Shown here in pieces: positions 1 to 14,129 of a stretch of DNA of 64,000 nt; positions within the stretch are counted from its first letter, which is position 1, and each line of letters begins with the position of its first letter. The position numbers and the translations under genes are program-made. The DNA is taken from positions 4,428,258 to 4,492,257 of the forward strand of contig CAJINV010000007.1 in the NCBI GenBank assembly GCA_905178155.1, written 5' to 3'. Source of the stretch: Amoebophrya sp. A120 (Eukaryota > Protista > Dinoflagellata). The notes beneath the pieces were generated by a model. It was not told the DNA's origin, did not search any database, and saw only the letters and a list, made by a program, of their open reading frames with translations.

Positions 1-588
1 AAACATGGGCCAATTCACCGACGCGGCGGTGAAGGCGTAGGCAAGGATCCCGAGAAACGCGAATTCCATAATCGCCTGCCGTCGGCCCCGCAAGTCGGAC
101 CACCACGGGCTAAGGGTGCAGACCACGACCATCCCGATCGTGAGCATCAACGCCGCGCCGAGTATCGTGAGGAGCTTTTTCTTCCCAAGCAATTCCCCGT
201 CGTCGTCGCACTGCACGATGACATTCCCATTGGCGTCGGTTCCGCAGGTTTCAAAGGCCAAGTGTATTATCTCCATGGCAGTTTGGGCCCCGGAAATGAG
301 TAGACCCATGGTCAAACTGCTCATGACGGCGGTGAATACGATCAGCCCCATCATCTTTTTTGACGCGTAGTCGCCGATATTCTCCGACCCGAGAATCGAC
401 TGGGTTTTCAGCAAAGTCGGCTTTTTAGACGACAAAAGCCCGGAGGTTTCGTCCGCATTGTACAAGTAGTCTGCAGCTGACGTGGCAGAGAAAGGCTCGT
501 CATTGCCCTGTTTCAGCTTCCGCGACTGTGTTCGTTGTACCACAGGTTTGCTCGCGCCTGCACTTGGTTTTGGTAGTACGCGCGACAT
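1..588 (-). CDS. MFS sugar porter / hexose transporter paralog, 5' part (runs off window start)
   Basis: ATG at 588, open to base 1 (MSRVLPKP...QSILGSENIGDYASKKMMGLIVFTAV...WSDLRGRRQAIMEFAFLG...SVNWPMF). Closely similar to the N-terminal half of the 2971-5224 transporter. Not in the ORF track because it is truncated. Confidence 0.9.
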   Translation of the reverse strand, partial: MSRVLPKPSAGASKPVVQRTQSRKLKQGNDEPFSATSAADYLYNADETSGLLSSKKPTLLKTQSILGSENIGDYASKKMMGLIVFTAVMSSLTMGLLISGAQTAMEIIHLAFETCGTDANGNVIVQCDDDGELLGKKKLLTILGAALMLTIGMVVVCTLSPWWSDLRGRRQAIMEFAFLGILAYAFTAASVNWPMF

Positions 589-600
589 CTTTTGTGCCTA

Positions 601-634
601 CAGATGATATCAGATGATATCAGAAGATATCAGA
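601..634. repeat. 10-bp tandem repeat (CAGATGATAT x~3.4) just upstream of the transporter start codon
   Basis: cagatgatat cagatgatat cagaagatat caga. Confidence 0.8.
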
Positions 635-2970
635 ACACTTGTTTTGCAGTAGTTGTTAGAATCGAGAGTAGAGTGAGGTAAAGGTTGGAAAAAGTTGTAA
701 AAGATAACTTGTTATACTTCACGAGGCGATGCATAACGCAACAATGTAGTTGTGTTTCTTTTGCGGAAAGGAACTTAAACGCTTACTCGAAAAATAGCAA
801 TTTCATTCTAAATTGTGATTTTCTACTCCGTGGATAGTATGTTTCCGTTTCGGTTGATTGAGTTTTTCAGCGCCGTTCGTCTTCCGACTGCACTGCAAGG
901 AGAACTTCAAGTTGAGTGGTTAAACGTGAGAAGTCCTCCCTACAATATCGGAATCCGTGCAGCAAGGTGCTTGCCCTGACAGCAATTTATGCGCTCCACC
1001 CCTCTCTACACAGAGAGATTCAAAACTTTTAAAGTCAAAAAGGGGAGGAGTGCCAGAATTATGCGTAATCGTAATTTAGAGCAAAACAGAAGAAACGTTT
1101 GTGAAGTAGATGGGCGCTTTGACTTTTGACCGTGGTTTTACTTCGAAGCTACTCTAGTTTTCCTTCCACAAAATGTTAACTACATTGCTGGTCTGCGAAA
1201 CAAATGACAAGAAAAATCTATTGTCGCGAAGAACGGTTGGAAGTAGTTCTACTTTTTGCTAAGTAGCATTTGCTTTTGTTAGTGTTGAGCTTGACCAGAT
1301 TAACGAGAGCCGAATTTCAAAAAAAATATCGACCCGGATCGGATGAAAACCGACAGCCTCGGTGATCTTTATTCGATTTGCGTAGCCGCGGCGAGACAAC
1401 CGAGGTGGAAATATCAACAGTAGAGCGCTTTGATTTATTACTAGTTCGCAGCGGTCTTCTAAAATTTTGGATCTTCGATGGATCCAGCCAAATTTCCGCA
1501 AGCTCTTGCAGCCAGCTCTGAGTCTGAACTTTAGTCGACGACAGCAGCATGCAATCGCGTTCATACGACCGACTCGTGCTTCGTCCTCAGATTGCTGAGA
1601 CCGAAAATTATGCGTACAAATTAGAGATAGAGCCTCAGCCTATAAATCTAACCGATATCTTCGATCACCGAGATAATCAGAAGAATGCTCCTGCTCATCT
1701 TCATTTCCAATAGGACCAAGGCATAGGCAACATTTGCTCAGGTACATTCAGTTACAGTTTCCAAGGAAAGAGCATTTGCTCACTGAGAGCCGGTGTGTCT
1801 TTATTAAATCATTTTGCGGCTTTGTGTATTTTTCAGTACTCACCGCGTAGTACATTTTCTCCAGCCCGTTTTTGATTCAGATTCGTTTATCTTGGCTTGT
1901 GTCTGCCAGCAGCCTCAGACATACACCACAGTGGAGAAACTTCATGCCCATTCAATTGCAAGAGAACACACTGTTCGAATGGTACCGTCCAAAATGGTGC
2001 GTGCACCCATGTGACGAGCTCCTGCGTCTTTCTGAATGGGCACTCAATAAACGTGACAATGATTGCTGTGCGTGTGTGTGTAGTAGTTCTTCGCCGAAGT
2101 AGAAGCAAGAGTAGTTGTTCCAATGCCTCCATCGAGCACCGAGAGCAGAAGTAGAGCCAGCAAGTGCATGGAGTACATATCATTTTGCCGGTCACCAGCT
2201 ACAACTACGAGAGTGAATGATGCTAAGACCGGTTCACTCAAATCGCAAATTTTCCCTCGGCTCATAGGAAGCCAACCCTGGTCCAACTCGCAGCTTTCGC
2301 GACAAGGCAATTTATGACTTCAACCACGAAAGGAGGAGCGACCGTAAGAGTCAATGCGTTCTCTGTCGTAGAATCACAGTCGCTAGGAGTCGTAATCTTT
2401 ACTCATTTTAAGGTGTTGCTGATGGGGTCGGAGGACCAATCGATCCGAGGAGAATTTTGCCGCTGGGTGGAATAAGGACGCGCTTTTAACGTCCATGATT
2501 TTCTTTTGGTTCTTCTTCTTGCGTGAATTACAATTACTCACTTCAGACTTTCTCTATAATAAACTCTCTTCTGCTAAAACCTAAAAAAACGTAGTAGCAC
2601 ACATGCGAGTATGTGATATTACATACGACTAATTGACCACGAAGAAGCGCACACAAGGGTGATACACTGCGCCTGTAGTAGTTCTACCAGAATTTTTTCC
2701 GGCCGCCTGTTCTTCTAGACGGGAGGCCATGCCAGACGAATCGCAGTCACCACCAACGCGGAGTTCGGTAGAGAAACTGTGCGACAACTTCAATGCTCAA
2801 TATCACGTACTACATTTTGCGTACTTACGCTTACCGCAGCGTCTTCCGCAGCAGAAGCGAATGCCTGAAATAACCTGGGGGCAAAACATCAAATTCAAAA
2901 TGCAACACTTACTATATGACATAAGAGTCTTAAGTGATCCTTCAAAAAAAAAAAAATGCGTCCTCCTTTT

Positions 2971-5224
2971 TCAAATCCGTCCTGCCCGGTCCCGACCCGC
3001 GTGTACGCCACTTCTTCTCACTGCGGAATCGGTGCTCCGTCGCAAGTAGTTCTGGGCGGCGGAGGAGACTAGCCTATCGTCGTCCTTCTCGTCGTCTGAC
3101 TCCACCCCGGCGTAGACCGGCGAGTTCTCCACGTCCGTGCCCTTCGTCTCCACGACGAAGAAGACCACGAAGAGTAGCGCGAGGATACACAACACGCAAA
3201 ACATCCCGTACAGCACCGTCGTGTGGTCCGCAAACATGCCCATGACGAACAGGATCGGGATCTGCACCACGTTGTTGCAAAGCACCGCGGCCATGCAGCA
3301 AGAAGCGGCGATGACGGTCGGGTAGATGTCCCCCAGGTACACCCACATCACGCCCCCGTACCCGAAGGCGAAGCCGGTCACGTAGAGGAAGACCATCATC
3401 ATGACCAGAATGTCGTCCCAGGTCGACGTGAGGGTCCCTCTCCCGAAGAACAGGTCATTCTTCTCCGCGGGGGTTAGCGTGTCCGCCTCTTTGTGCGCGG
3501 ACGTGTACAGCGTAATCACGAAGTTTGTTGTCATCGCGATAGACATGACCACGCCGGAAATGAGCAACAGCGTCCGCCGTCCCAGCCGGTCGATCAACAC
3601 CGCCATCGGGATGGTCGCCAGCAACATCCACGCCATCATCCCCGTCGTGTAGTACACCGCTTTGCCGCCGGAGATTCTGCTGAAAATATCGTTGACGTTG
3701 GTCATGATCAGGTTAATCCCGGTCAGTTGCTGCATAATCGACAAACCGCAACCTAAGAGAACCCCCCGGCGGTACTTTTTGGAGGACAGTGCCCAGCAGA
3801 CGCCCTTGTGCTCGCCGGTCCGCGCTTGGGTCCTGTTTGATGAAGAGAGTCGAGGATTGAGTAATGGTGCGCATTCATGTTCTATCGTTCGTATCTTTCA
3901 TCAACTACATCATGTGGCAGCAAATCTTCACTATTCCTATTGCTTTCTTTCAGTAAATTATTGGTTTGTGCCTGCTGCTGGTACTAAAGAACCAAAGATG
4001 ACAGCAGCACCACTACCATGTGTGCACCATACAAAGCATGAGCCGCAAACGCGATGAATCATAGCGCAGGCACCCACTGCCAGCTCGACGGCATTACATG
4101 GAGCGCGAAGGGGAAGGCGCAGCAGCAACCCGCACTTTTGCTGCAACTGCAAGTTTCAGTATATCATCAAGCTACTTCTAGTTCTACGTCGATAAAATAA
4201 ATTTAAATTACCTTTCAATGATCTCGTTGACATCCCCGCCGTCCAACTTCGGGTACAGCTGCTTGTACACCCCGGCCGCTTCTCTGACTTTCCCCTTGGT
4301 GATCAGCCATTTGGGCGACTCGATGCCAGGCAACACCACCAGGCACAGCAGGATCTGGACCACCAGCGGAATCACCGGGAAGGCCAGCATCAGTCTCCAC
4401 CAGATTTTCACCTGGAAATGCCACGCGTCCTCCCCTCCCGGGAAGGTGATCGGGGAAATCGCGGTCACGTGTGGCACGGCTTTCGCGAAGTTCAGCTGTG
4501 TGGTCATCGCCATGCCCAGCAATGGGGCAATGATCTGCCCGATGACCGTCATGAGCTGGAACCACGCGCCATACCGTCCCCGAACCACGGGGGGAATCAC
4601 TTCGGCAATGTAGGTCGGCACGATCCCGGCCGCGCCGGTGGTGGCGAACCCGCAGAGAAACCGCCCCGCGAGAAACATCGGCCAGTTGACAGAGAGTGCG
4701 GTGAAAATGTACGCGACGACCCCGAGAAACGCGAACTCCATAATTGCTTGGCGCCGCCCGCGCAAATCGGACCAAAACGGGCTGAAAGTGCAGACGACCG
4801 CCATCCCGATTGTATGTATCAACGAGGCCCCGAGAATCGTGTACATCTTTTTCTTCCCCAGCAGTTCATTGTCGTCGTCGCATTGCACGATCCGACTTCC
4901 ACTCGCGTCCCTTCCGCACGTTTCGAAGGCCAGGTGAATGAACTCGATCGCGGTTTGAGCCCCGGAAATGAGCAAACCCATGTTAAAACTGCTCAACACT
5001 GCGGTAAACACAATCAATACCATCATCTTTTTCGAAGCATAGTCACCGATGTTCTCGGACCCCAGAATCGACTCCGGTTGCTTCGGCGTCTCCAAAAGCG
5101 CAGCTTTTTCCTTTTCGTCATCTGCTGCATAACGATAGGAATCCGAGGCTGAGGCTGCAGAGGAAGGCTCGTAGTTGCCCAGTTTCGGAATCTTTGCGGT
5201 CTCGTTTTGTGGCGGCCGCGTCAT
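2971..5224 (-). CDS. MFS sugar porter / hexose transporter, ~624 aa, 2 exons (5224-4212, 3832-2971)
   Basis: Sugar-porter motifs DLRGRR, GRFLCG, PTYIAE..P...RG, ESPKWL, QQLTGIN, DRLGRR, VETKG. Canonical GTAATT...AAACAG intron 3833-4211 joins the two ORFs in frame (IIER/TQAR). Confidence 0.92.
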
Positions 5225-6784
5225 TTTTTCTCGGTTCGAAAAAATTATCGTTGGCGTTGAAAATGTACAACTGAAGACAAGGCTTTAAAGATAAAGGATT
5301 TTAGAAAGAGGTTTGGCGAATGAAAACTTGATGTGCTACTTCACTTCTAGTAACAGGAATGCTGTATGTAGTAGATGTGCTAGAATTCTTCTATCTTAGA
5401 AGTGATGCGAATCTTCAATCAGTGTGCTTGTTGGTTGTCGAAGGAAAACGCTGCTGCTCTGTTCCGTAGGGAAATACACGAAAGAGATTGTAGTTTTCTG
5501 GAAGACGATGACGATGGTGCCACAAACTGTGAGTATGATCGGTATAATCTATTTGCGACATCACACATGGCGAGGGGGAGACGGACCGAATCGAACCGAA
5601 AGGATTGATCTTCACGATCCAGGATCTTTTTTTTTCTGATCTTCAACGTTCAAAATTTCGATTGGCAACCAACAACATGGAGCGGGCGGTTTATTTTTTG
5701 ACACGGAAGATGAACTACTTCGAGTTCGACCGATGGCAATGGGATCCAAAATCAGCTGGATCAATTAATTTCATTCGATCGTCGTCACAGGTAGTTAAGA
5801 CGTATCCCACACGGAGTTTCCGTCTTAGTAGTACTATGGCTCATATCAATTGGAAACAGGTCTCTGCTAGAAAAGGTGCTTGTTACCGAACTTTCGAACT
5901 TCAACTGCGTGCGGCGCGCTCCGGGGTTGATGTTGATCTGTCACCTTATGATCATAACCTTTTTCTTGACATGCAGAACAAACAGACAACTCACAACAAG
6001 ACCAAGTTGTTCAAGGGCGCCAACTGCTGATGTTAGGGCTGGATCTCGTCCTTGCAAGAAGTAGCAACTCGCTCAATTTTTCTGGATAATGTACATTCTT
6101 GACGATACAATCCTGATTCTGTAGTCCTCATGGCAACATTCTTTGGTTTGTGTCTTGGTCCTCTACTACTTTTCTATCTTCTTGTCAAGCGCAACGAGCG
6201 GGGTTTGGTAGGTGAGAGCTCCCACAGACCATACGTCTGCCCCATTGGAGCCACAGCTTTCGCTTATCGCAGTAGGTCGCGTTGTAGGAATAGTTGGAAA
6301 ATGCAGACGCCAGCTCATGGTGCGACTTCGTAACCACGAGAGCGAGTAGACTACAATCTTTTTCTTGTGGCGTCGAACTCTCCTGTGAAAGTGAAATACA
6401 AATTTACATAGGACCCGGGCTGCTTGAAGCGACGTCAAGAGCGACGAAATCCTTCTCCTTGTCGCCTCGACGTCGATATTGATCCTTTATGTTCTCGAAA
6501 TGCAATAGGAGTGCAATAATGAAAAGCGATAGAACAAGTTAGCAATAATGTTTCCAACGAAAAAGCGTACGCAGATATCGCTAATATGTCAGGTCGTGTC
6601 ATTAGTAAGCATTCAAACTGTACCTAGATAGATACCGGAGCTGTTTGTTCTAGCGCGGTTGTAAATTTAAATTTTGCGATTAGTTGTATGATCTAGGGTA
6701 AGAAATAGGAATCATTTTTTGATGCGATCAGGTTTTTTTGCGGTAAACAAAAACGCGACGAAGAAGTTAAATTTGGTGGACTCT

Positions 6785-9550
6785 TCAGGCTTCTTCCGAA
6801 GTAGCCGCTCCAGCTCCCGCTCCGAAAATGGACGCCAGCAGTCCTCCTTTGCTCCCAGCCACGTCAGCATTGCTCGCTTTGCTCCCTGAGATAAAGTTTT
6901 GTGATGAAGTAGATTTATTTCGGGATAAGTGCGATCCCATTTTTTTGTACAGTGACAGCTTCGACCAAAAGAAAATTTATCTTCATCAATAGTTGTAGCT
7001 GCAGTGCTGCAAGTCCTCAACATTCTCTCCATGACTACCTGGCCCCCTGGACGACTCCGCAACTGCAGCTGGTTCTGCCGAAAAACTGACCTCGTCCTCC
7101 TCCACTACATCCAAACTCCCCTCCGCATCGTCGTCGTCTGGTGACAGTTGGTCGTGACTGTTTGTCAGGTTCCCGATGTCGCTCCAATCCACGGTGGAAA
7201 CCCGGTTCGGCGCAGCAGTTGTAGGCTTATGATTTGTTCTTGTTGTAGCGGGTCCTCTAGTTATACAACTAGTTCTTGCGACGTCGTGGAGATGAAGACT
7301 CTGGCTCAACATCTGGTCGTGCGGTGAGGAAACTGAATTCTCCTTCTCCGGATGCTGGTGGTGTTGCTGACCGGGACTGTTCATGGCGAGGAATTCGTCC
7401 CCGATGAAGACATTTGGCTCTTGATCCCTTTGATCTTCATCGTCGTCAACCACAGAACTAAACGTCACCGAAGGCAGTTCTTCGTTGCACGTTTGGAACG
7501 ACTCGCTTGTGCAGTTCGAATTGTCGCGCTGGTGGTTTTCCAGCAGAACTTTCTGTGCTGCGTGTGCAGCTCCAGAACCAGAACTTCTACTATGATGGTC
7601 GGAGCCACTGGACGCAACGGTGGGTCCCGTAAGATGAACTACCACTCCTGCCGGTTGTTGTTGTACCAACGCCGGAGAGAGCTCCGAGTTTACGACCAGA
7701 GTCACGTCCGGCGCCGTCCACACGTCGTTTTCGTACTCCCTCGATTCCCGGAGGGGCTTCACTTCGGTCGGTATTAACGCACCAGCTGCGGTAGAAGTCG
7801 CACTACTGCTTTTCGGAGAGTTCAACATGGAGGGCGCAGCGGAGGAGGATGTTGTGGTTGCGCCAACATTCATCCCCGTCATGATCCCACTACTGTGCAC
7901 CGTACTATTTGTGGTGCTTTTCGTGGTGGAATCGTTCTTGTCGTCGATAAACAAACTTCCAGGTCGCATCTGGTCCAACTTGACGAGCAGCTTGCTGTTG
8001 CTTTCCTGCTCTGACGAGAACGTTGAAACTGCAACTGTTTCCTCAACGAACTCTAAGGGCGGGGCTGAACTAAAAGACGAGCTACTCGCTGACGTTGTAG
8101 TTACCACCGTTGTCGAGGTCTGCAAATCCTCCTGGATCACATCCGTGATCAAATTCTGATTGGTCGTAGATTCCCTCGCGTTGTTAACATTGTTCAGGGA
8201 AATCTTCAACGACCGCGGCAAAAACGCCCGGTCCTTCATCGACTCGTCCTGAATTGCGTTCAAACTCGCGTTCAACGCCGCGAGATTCTCCAGGTTCAAT
8301 TCGTGGCAATTCTTGTCATTGTCCGAAAGAATAGTTTGTTTGAGCTTGTTCTTCTTCCTTTTGAGGGACGTCGAAGATGAAGAGGCTGCGGTTATTTGCT
8401 CCACACAGCAAGCCTGCTCTGTGCCTGTGTCGCAGTTCCCCTCGTTGTTCAAAACGCCGTCCTTTATCGCGTTGTCGTCCTCCTCTTCGTCCACCTCTGA
8501 CGGTGATTTAGAGCCGTAGAGCGACCCGAGCAGGGAATTTGGGGTTTCGCAGTTGTACAAGGAGCCAAGCGAGCTGTTCGAAGCGGCAGAACTGGTCCGG
8601 CCGGATCTGCACCCCGGTTCCCCGCAGGGCTCGTCCTCGTAACTGTCGGAGTTGTTGCAACCATCCGAAACGGAGTTGATGTCATCGACGACGTGCATGG
8701 AGACTTCGGTACACTGAGAGGAGTTGTCGTCATCCTCATCCTCCTCCTCTTCGAAAGCCGATCGGTCTGGTAACGGCGGACTGCCCGCGCGCTTGGCATT
8801 CTGGATCGCGGCGGCAAGACCGCCTTTCGTGTTGGTTCCGATTTTATTTTTCGCGGAGCTCGTCTGGAGGATGGATTTCGGCTGGTTTGGATTTACGTGT
8901 AATAGTGCTGGCGGTTGTAGCACTTGTTGTGCACTTTTATTCTTCTCTTTTTTCTTTTTCGCACTTGCTCGTGGTGGCGTGCCCGGGCGGAAATTTGTAT
9001 GGATATTTTCGTCATTTTCATCCTCCTCTTCTTCCTGCTCGTCCTCGTCGTGGTCAAACCAGTTGCCGATGGGGTCCTCGGATTCCCGCATCGCCCGGGT
9101 TCTCGGCGTATCGGCAATGTCGAAAAACTTTACCTCTGCGTGCTCCTGCTCCGGCGGGAAGTTCAGCATTGGTAGGCATTTCGGGGGAAATTGCTGTTGA
9201 TGTTGTTGCTGTGCTGTTCTGTTCATTCCTGGTCGCGTGGACATCACCATCGCTGGTGCGCCTTGTCGATTCGCGTTGGTGTTCCGGAGGGTCGCAATGT
9301 CCTTCCGGTCTTCGTCGGGAATGACTGACAGCAGCATCCGCTTCGCTTTCGCGATCTCCTCCTCTGCCTGCTCCATTGCCTGGAGTTTCTCTGCCAGCTT
9401 CTCATGGTCCAGCCGCTTCGTGGGGTCCTCCCCGTCTTCCACCTTCGGCGTCCGGGCCTGCCGCGGGGGCGCGGGTGATTTACCGCGGGTGAACCGGACC
9501 TTCTTGCGCTGCTCCCGGAGGCTTCGTGGGGGAGCACCGGCTTTCTTCAT
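6785..9550 (-). CDS. Hypothetical low-complexity acidic/Ser-Thr-rich protein, ~870 aa (exons 9550-7039, 6885-6785)
   Basis: 854-aa ORF. Phase-1 GT-AG intron 6886-7038 leads to an in-frame terminal exon (GSKASNADVAG...TSEEA*). No domain recognised. Confidence 0.7.
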
Positions 9551-10451
9551 TTTTTGCTGTTGATGATGATGATGAAAAAGCGGACTTTATTCTGTGTTAC
9601 CTTCGAAATTCTTCAAGAAAAAACTGTACAGACTGTATTCTCTGAATTCGCTATAAGTTGTGTCCTAGCTTGTTCCGTTTCTTGCAAGTGATGTGTCGAA
9701 AAAAGCCTGCCGCGACTGCGGTATCACAATAGAATTGGGAAATGGCAACCGATGAAAATGGAACGGATGAAGAAAGAAAATCCGGTCATTTTTAGTTTTA
9801 GTTTTACAACCCTCTCTCAAACGTGATACATAGGTGGCGCGCCGAACCAAAAATAGGTACGTGATCCGACATGACTTCTGTAGAGCCAGCATCAAACCCT
9901 AATTGCAAGAGAATCTTGCTTTTGACAGACGGAAAAAAGGTTGACGTCTCACGGTTACAATTTTTCGCTCGAAGAAAGCAACAGCAACGTGTAAACTAGG
10001 CACCCCACGTCCCATGACTGATGATCCCAACGATGAACAAGTTTACGGATTCATTGATGTTTGACTGTACGTTCTAAAATACGCAGCACGCGACACGACT
10101 CTACGATGATTCACATTCATGGTATTTCGAATAAGTGGGAAAATCTGCTCCGTATGGCGTATGGCTGGGTGATTTAGGACAACCACAACTCGCTTTATTC
10201 AAAATTTTATATATACACGTCTCCGCAGCAACGATGCTAGTGCCGACGTGTTGTATGTGGTGACAGTATGTGCCAGTCTTCTGTTTCGTGTTGCCGTGAT
10301 CAACATCAACCATGTCAATGCTGATTTAGGTTTCCAAAATATCACTTTTCGTCCTCGACGCTTGGGTGTCATATCGGCGGCACTCACCAGTCGGACTCGT
10401 GGAGCAATTCCACCCCGATAAGCGCTTGCACGGTCCGTCATTCATCACTAC

Positions 10452-13400
10452 TCAAAAAAACCGCGGTTGGTGGTGCTGCTGCGGCTGAGAGAAAAACATC
10501 TGCTGTTGCGGCTGCTGCTGGAATTGGTTTTGATGCTGCACAATTGGCACCTGCTGTTGCGGGTGCTGGAATAGCTGCTGTTGCTGCTGTTGTGGCGCTC
10601 CTCCACTTCCCGGCTGTCCTCCGAATAATCCGTTCGGAAAAAGAGATTGCGGTGGCTGCTGCTGCTGCTGCGGCGGAGGCATACCTCCACCGTAAGAAAT
10701 AGAAACCCCGGGGGCTACCTGGTAAGTCGTTTGGCCCGCCGCGCCCTGCGCTGGAAATTGATGTTGCTGGAACACTGGTGGTTGCTGCTGTTGTTGCTGC
10801 ATCACGCTGCTGTTCTGTGGCATGATCGTATTCGCCAGACCAGACAGTGCGGCAGACGCCGACGCAAACCCCTGCTGGGCCAACGTCTGTGGATGGAACC
10901 CTGGGGAGGGCGGGACAGAACCTGAAAACGAATTTCATGTGCTACGTACCAGGGTGATAAAACAAAAAAAAAGGGTCAACAAACACTACTTCACAACAAA
11001 ACATGTTCATGTGTACGATGCATATAGTTATACTACTTCCCTCACCTGCTTGCTGCTGCTCCATCGGGCTGGCCGCAGAAACGTTGCCTCCACCACCACC
11101 GCCCCCACTTCTCACAGACGCCAACAACTGCGATTTTTCCTCGCTTCTCGCGAAACAGTAGTCCGAGATCTGCTGTTTGCACTGCCGGAGGAAGTCCCCT
11201 AGTCTGGTGTAGAAGTTGATCCCATCTGCTAAATCCTTCAACACCGTCAACAGCATATTCGCGCACGCAGTCAAAGCAGTGATGATCTTCGCCCGCTCGG
11301 AGTTTTGAAAGGCGGACTTCCGCGCGTTCACCGTCGTGTTGTACAGATTCAGTAGGTTTTCCGCCTGTTTCCTGTACTCCAGCTTCAGATCCGGTATGGA
11401 AATCGCAGGGAGGTTTTGCATCGAAGTGCCATCCTCGTTGATCATTGTCGTACTATTTGACGCGGACCTCAACTGCGTCAAGTGCTGCTCGATCTTCCCC
11501 TCCACAATCTGCCGGCAGGTTTGGTTCAGCTGCTGATTGGCAGACAGGCCGGAACAATTTGCGGACACAGCAGCAGCATTTCCATTTCCCCCTGTCGTCG
11601 TTGTATTCACTGCGTCTAGTAATTCGCCCTCCACCGTTTTGTCGTTCTTAATCAAGTTCTTCGCTTCGTCAATTTTCTGCCTCAACTGCTGCTCCAACTG
11701 CTCCAGCTTCTGCAAGGCTTGCCGCACCGCGTTGGTGTGCGACTCCAGGACCGACAAATCTCCGTTCCCTCCCTGCGACTCGGCCAATTGCGCCGCAGAC
11801 GGGGTGGTGGAAGCCGGCAAGCCCTGCTCGATTTCCGCACGCGTTTTGCCGATCCACTTCACATTCGCGTTCTTCATCAACGCCTCGCCCCGGGCCTTCA
11901 GCACTTCGTTGGCCTTCCTGGCCTCGGACAGTTTTTTCTCGTACGACATCAAATTCTGCCGGAACTGCTCTTGCAGAACCTCGGATTTTTCTCTTTTCAA
12001 AATCGAGTCCTGTCCCGCCTGCGCGATGCGTTGGCTGAACAGGTTGTCATCCTTCATCTCCTCCTCCAACTTCACGACGCATTCGTTCAAAAGCGATCCG
12101 CAGATCCGATCGTACTCGGTCAACGCTTCCAAGCTAGCCGTCAAACCGCTGACGCCGCCCTTGCTGGCCGCATCCTGGATCTTCGCCCAGGTCTCTTCGG
12201 GCAGAGGTTCGATAGAAGCTTGTGGGTTGTTCGCGGAAGTTCCTTTCGTCGTCACGCCGAGAGTCGACGCGATCAAATCTCTGACGTCTATCGTGTTCTG
12301 ACCGGCAAGAGGACCACCTCCCATTGCCCCTGCACAAGCGCCCGCGGCTTGTTCATCCGAAGGACCACCGGCTGCAGTGCTGGAAGACAGTATCATGTCG
12401 ACCTCCTGCTTCGAATTTTTCCACTCGTCGTCCAACGCAAACAAAACCGACTCCTGCCGCATCTGGTAGTCTTGCAAGGCGGATTGGACAAATTTTGGGA
12501 GCAGCGTTGCCAGCACCGGTTTGTACTTCAACCCATACGCCTCGTCGAAGAACGCGGGGTCGGTAAACCCCGATTTGGAGAAGGAAATAGGCTTGGAAAC
12601 CTCAATTGTCGTGATAATCGGCAACTTCGCAAAATCCGTCACTTCCGGCGGGAAGTAAATGGTCTCGCAGTCGTGCTTCACCTTGTTCAATTCAATCTGG
12701 ATGGCGCTTTTCAAGCTGCCAACGTCGCTGTATTCCGATTTTCCCGCGGTGAACACCGTTTGCTCCGCGTGTTTGAACCGCGCGAGACACTCGCCCCAGC
12801 CGCGCATCGTTTTCTCGCAATTTTCCTTCTCGAACATCGCCTGCTGAAAGACCGCCGCGGCGAGAAAAGTTTTTTCCTGCGCGTCGAAGATCTCCGCGAA
12901 TTGCGGCCCAATCGACCCTATCAAATGCAAATATGTCTGGGTCTGGAAAGTTGGAACTTGTAGTGCTAGCTTTACACTCCTGGGATTGGGAAATTTGTAC
13001 TGCATAACCGACAAAAGCCGCAGCCATTTTTGTCATGCAAGAGCGCAGTTTCTCAGTCTCATGCAGACTACCTATGAGAAACAACTCCGGGAAGTTGTCA
13101 TGCTGGGCTGCATATGGAAGCCTTTTCATCATGCGCATTTTAGCATCACAAGTTTCCAGACCCAGACATATTTGCATTTGATAGACCCGGTGAGCTTCCT
13201 CGCGGCGGTCAGGCACTGGCTGTAGTCATTGGAGACACGCATGGCCAGCTTCGCCAACAGCGACCGGAGTTTCTTCTCCTTGACCGCCTTTTCGTAAACA
13301 CACGTGTTCGCTTGCGCGATCATGACGCAAGACCACATGTGGAGTGCCGATTGCGACAAGTCGTGCGTGGCGATCCCCTGCAAATCGGTCGCGACGAAAT

Positions 13401-13959
13401 CTCGGAGAAACGCGAAAATCCCCGCGGACCGGCAAAAGAGCTGGATCGCGTGTCTGGAGCCCTCCTCCGTCGCGGTGCGGTTTTGGTTCACGGCGGACGA
13501 CCCCTCGAGCGCCGCTAAATTGTAGACGCAACTCGCTTTCTCGAGGAGAAAAGAGGACTGCTGCGTCTTAACCTTCGGGCGGAAGGTGTCGTACCAAACG
13601 AGATCCACTTTGTAGCTGCTGGTGGAGGTCTTCTTCGTGTTGGTGTTCACCAAGTTCGCGAATCTCCCCTCCAAGAGTTGCAGCAACGCGACGTACTCCG
13701 TGATCAGCTGTCGGGAGGTGTCTAAACTCGCGTCCGAGCTCCGGACGTCCCGGCTGATCCGGTCGCGGTGCTTCTGCACGTCTGTGGCGAACTCGAGGAG
13801 GAGGGGGCTGGGGGGCGGGTTCGGGTTGAATCCCGGCCCGGCGTTGTTGAAAGTGGAAACATTGTTCACGATATCCACACCAAAGGCTCTCTGGCAGTAA
13901 GTCGTGATGGCGTCGCGAAGGTTCGCCGGGTCGGTGGGTTTCACGTCGGGTTTTAGCAT
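10452..13959 (-). CDS. ALIX/Bro1-family ESCRT adaptor (Bro1 domain, coiled V-like region, Gln/Pro-rich tail), ~1037 aa; exons 13959-13188, 12917-11046, 10921-10452
   Basis: Bro1 motifs LVWYDTF, FLLEKASCVYNLAAL, AIQLFCRSAGIF, HDLSQ..L.MW...MIAQA, DCETIYF; V-domain end GINFYTRL. Intron 1 is a non-canonical element; intron 2 (10922-11045) is GT-AG. Start codon uncertain. Confidence 0.88.
12919..13183. mobile_element. Introner-like TIR element, family A (TATCAAATGC...), intron in Bro1 gene
   Basis: Perfect 31-bp TIR TATCAAATGCAAATATGTCTGGGTCTGGAAA (12919-12949 / 13153-13183). Perfect TSD GACCC. Removing 270 nt gives KLTG-SIGPQF in frame. Confidence 0.95.
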
Positions 13960-14129
13960 TGTGCGCACTTTTGTTTTGACGTATACTTTCGTGGTGCAGA
14001 TGTCAGCGGTTGCCAGTTGTTGCCTATGCCCAAGACATCATTTTTATTGACGTAGATGGAAGAAAGTAAAGTTTTGACCAACTAGAAAAAGCACGGATCC
14101 GAGCACTTGATGCTGCACGACCTCCAAAT

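Noticed and set aside
5400-6700. Short ORFs between the transporter and the low-complexity gene
   Set aside because: No consistent exon chain or recognisable protein.
11537-12963. Long plus-strand ORFs (254 and 414 aa), and similar ones opposite other genes
   Set aside because: Antisense shadows of GC-rich minus-strand coding sequence; no motifs.
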